Shown: positions 62,615-64,000 of the stretch, piece by piece
How positions within the stretch are numbered: the first letter of the stretch is position 1
Layout of the letters: each line of letters begins with the position of its first letter
From: Felis catus
Lineage: Eukaryota
NCBI RefSeq assembly: GCF_018350175.1
Contig: NC_058368.1
Span: forward strand, 53,942,001 to 54,006,000
Reading direction: 5' to 3'
DNA length: 64,000 nt
Translations under genes and position numbers: made by a program
The notes under the pieces: model-generated
Databases searched by the model: none
The model's input: the letters and a program-made list of their open reading frames with translations, nothing else
Told to the model about the DNA's origin: nothing

Positions 62615-62790
62615 AATCACAGATGTTCTGAAAGAGACTCCAAAAAAGGAATTGAAAAAGTTGAAATTCAGGCAATATAGTCCTCGTGATTCGTATGGCT
62701 TCCCATGGTATCAAACTATCTGGAGCTATACTCATTTGGATATGTAAGTTGTGGAGTATTTTTTAAAAGATTCTTTATGTTCAAATCTTA
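62615..62790 (+). mobile_element. Mariner-derived (MARNA-like) relic
   Basis: ctgaaagagactccaaaaaaggaattgaaaaag...tatggcttcccatggt...actcatttggatatgtaagtt resembles the recalled MARNA 3' part. Confidence 0.5.
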
Positions 62791-62878
62791 CATAGATTTA
62801 TATCTGTGCATATGTGTGTATATTTATGCAAACATATACATATGTAAAACATGGTCTAAATGTGTGTGTATGTGAGAG

Positions 62879-62915
<37 letters not shown>

Positions 62916-63269
62916 AGATATGGTTGGGAAGAAAAGAAGAAACACATCACTGCTTTAACCAAGAATGCTGTAGTAATTGTGTGAAGAGCTTATACCCATT
63001 GACTTCAAGTTAAATAAGTTTAGTAATTAAATAGTCTAAGTTATCAGATTTGGTCTGACCCCTCCGTTTTACTTTTATCTCAGCAACCATGAAGCAAAGT
63101 TTTTTCCAGGATAGGCAAGCTGACAACATAAAACTGCACAAAAAGCTATGAAGTGCCAGCGCAGAGAATACTTTGATACCGAAACAAATAAACCTGTGTA
63201 AGTTAGCTGTCCCCAGGGTCAGCACTGGAGAGTGGCAATTGCAGTCTCCAAGATCTGCTTTATCTGTCT

Positions 63270-63445
63270 GGGAGGCAGTGTGATATTTGGGCTTTGAACC
63301 AAAACACCTGGGTTTGAGTCTGGATTGAATTTCTATCACTTAGGAATGTGACTTTATGAAATTCGTATAATTTCTCTGAATCTTAATTTTCTTTTTGTCT
63401 GTAAAATTTTCACATCAGTTACCTCATAGGGAAATGGCAAAGTGA
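63270..63445 (+). mobile_element. MIR SINE
   Basis: ggaggcagtgtgat...tgggctttgaaccaaaacacctgggtttgagtc...tgtgacttt...ttctctgaatcttaattttc...gtctgtaaaat. Confidence 0.85.
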
Positions 63446-63467
63446 TTTGAAGTAGATCTCAGTTGAT

Positions 63468-63662
63468 TTTTTTTAGTGTTCATTTATTTTTGAGAGTGAG
63501 AAAGAGAAAGAGAGCGAGCCAGGGAGGGGCAGAGAGAGAGGGAGACACCATCTGAAGCAGCTGTCGACACAGAGCCCGATGTAGGGCTTGAACCCACAAA
63601 CTGTGAGATCATGACCTGAGCTGAAGTTGGACACTTAACAGACTGAGCCATCCAGGCACCCC
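63468..63662 (-). mobile_element. CAN-SINE
   Basis: tttttagtgttcatttatttttgagag...gatcatgacctgagctgaagttggacacttaacagactgagccatccaggcacccc. Decayed flanking repeat aga.ctc..ttgattttt. Confidence 0.95.
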
Positions 63663-64000
63663 AGAGCTCTATTGATTTTTATCAGTTATCAACATAAAAC
63701 CCACTTTTGTAAGTTCTCAGGAAACTTGAGTCCACTGACACCAGTTATGGGAACATTGATTAAAATAAAAACTGTGGGGAATGACCCAGGAAAGGTGGTG
63801 GATTACAAAAGAAGATTGAAAGACTCCCCACCTCCCACAGGGAAGAAGAAATGGGAAGAAATGTATGAACTTTCAGAAGAGGGAAAGTACAGACCTTGAA
63901 AAGAGGGAGAAAAACTTTAAAATTCCTTACTGCTGGTGGCTGTTCCAGTGTGAACTGGACCACAGAAGATGCAGTACGTTGTGAAATAATGAATATAATC

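Noticed and set aside
1..64000. A novel multi-component system (operon, CRISPR array, endogenous viral gene, CpG-island promoter)
   Set aside because: No long ORFs, regular repeat-spacer arrays, recognisable viral coding sequence or CpG island were seen. Known mammalian repeat classes and unique non-coding DNA explain the content.

Overview
This is AT-rich, repeat-dense non-coding mammalian DNA. About 20 tRNA-derived carnivore SINEs (CAN-SINEs) are present, and two near-pristine copies are of the feline SINEC_Fc type, so the source is a carnivore and very probably a felid. I recognise no protein-coding gene: nearly all listed ORFs are chance frames or read through SINE, L1 or microsatellite sequence. 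The window looks like intergenic DNA or the inside of a large intron, filled with CAN-SINEs, L1 and L2 fragments, MIRs, MaLR (MLT1) solo LTRs, hAT and mariner DNA-transposon relics, and microsatellites. I found no evidence of a new biological system. The best-supported curiosities are retrotransposition footprints: (i) a 35-nt tailless U2 snRNA copy with a target-site duplication (TSD) inside an old L1; (ii) a 42-nt tailless 5S rRNA copy with a TSD; (iii) an L1 with an apparent 3' transduction inside an unusually long 32-nt duplication; (iv) an L1 with a twin-priming-type 5' inversion; (v) a ~96% identical inverted pair of young SINEs about 1 kb apart. Weaker candidates are several minus-strand exon-like segments and a few enhancer-like motif clusters. 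Repeat subfamily names come from recalled consensus sequences, not an alignment, and the boundaries of old repeats are approximate.
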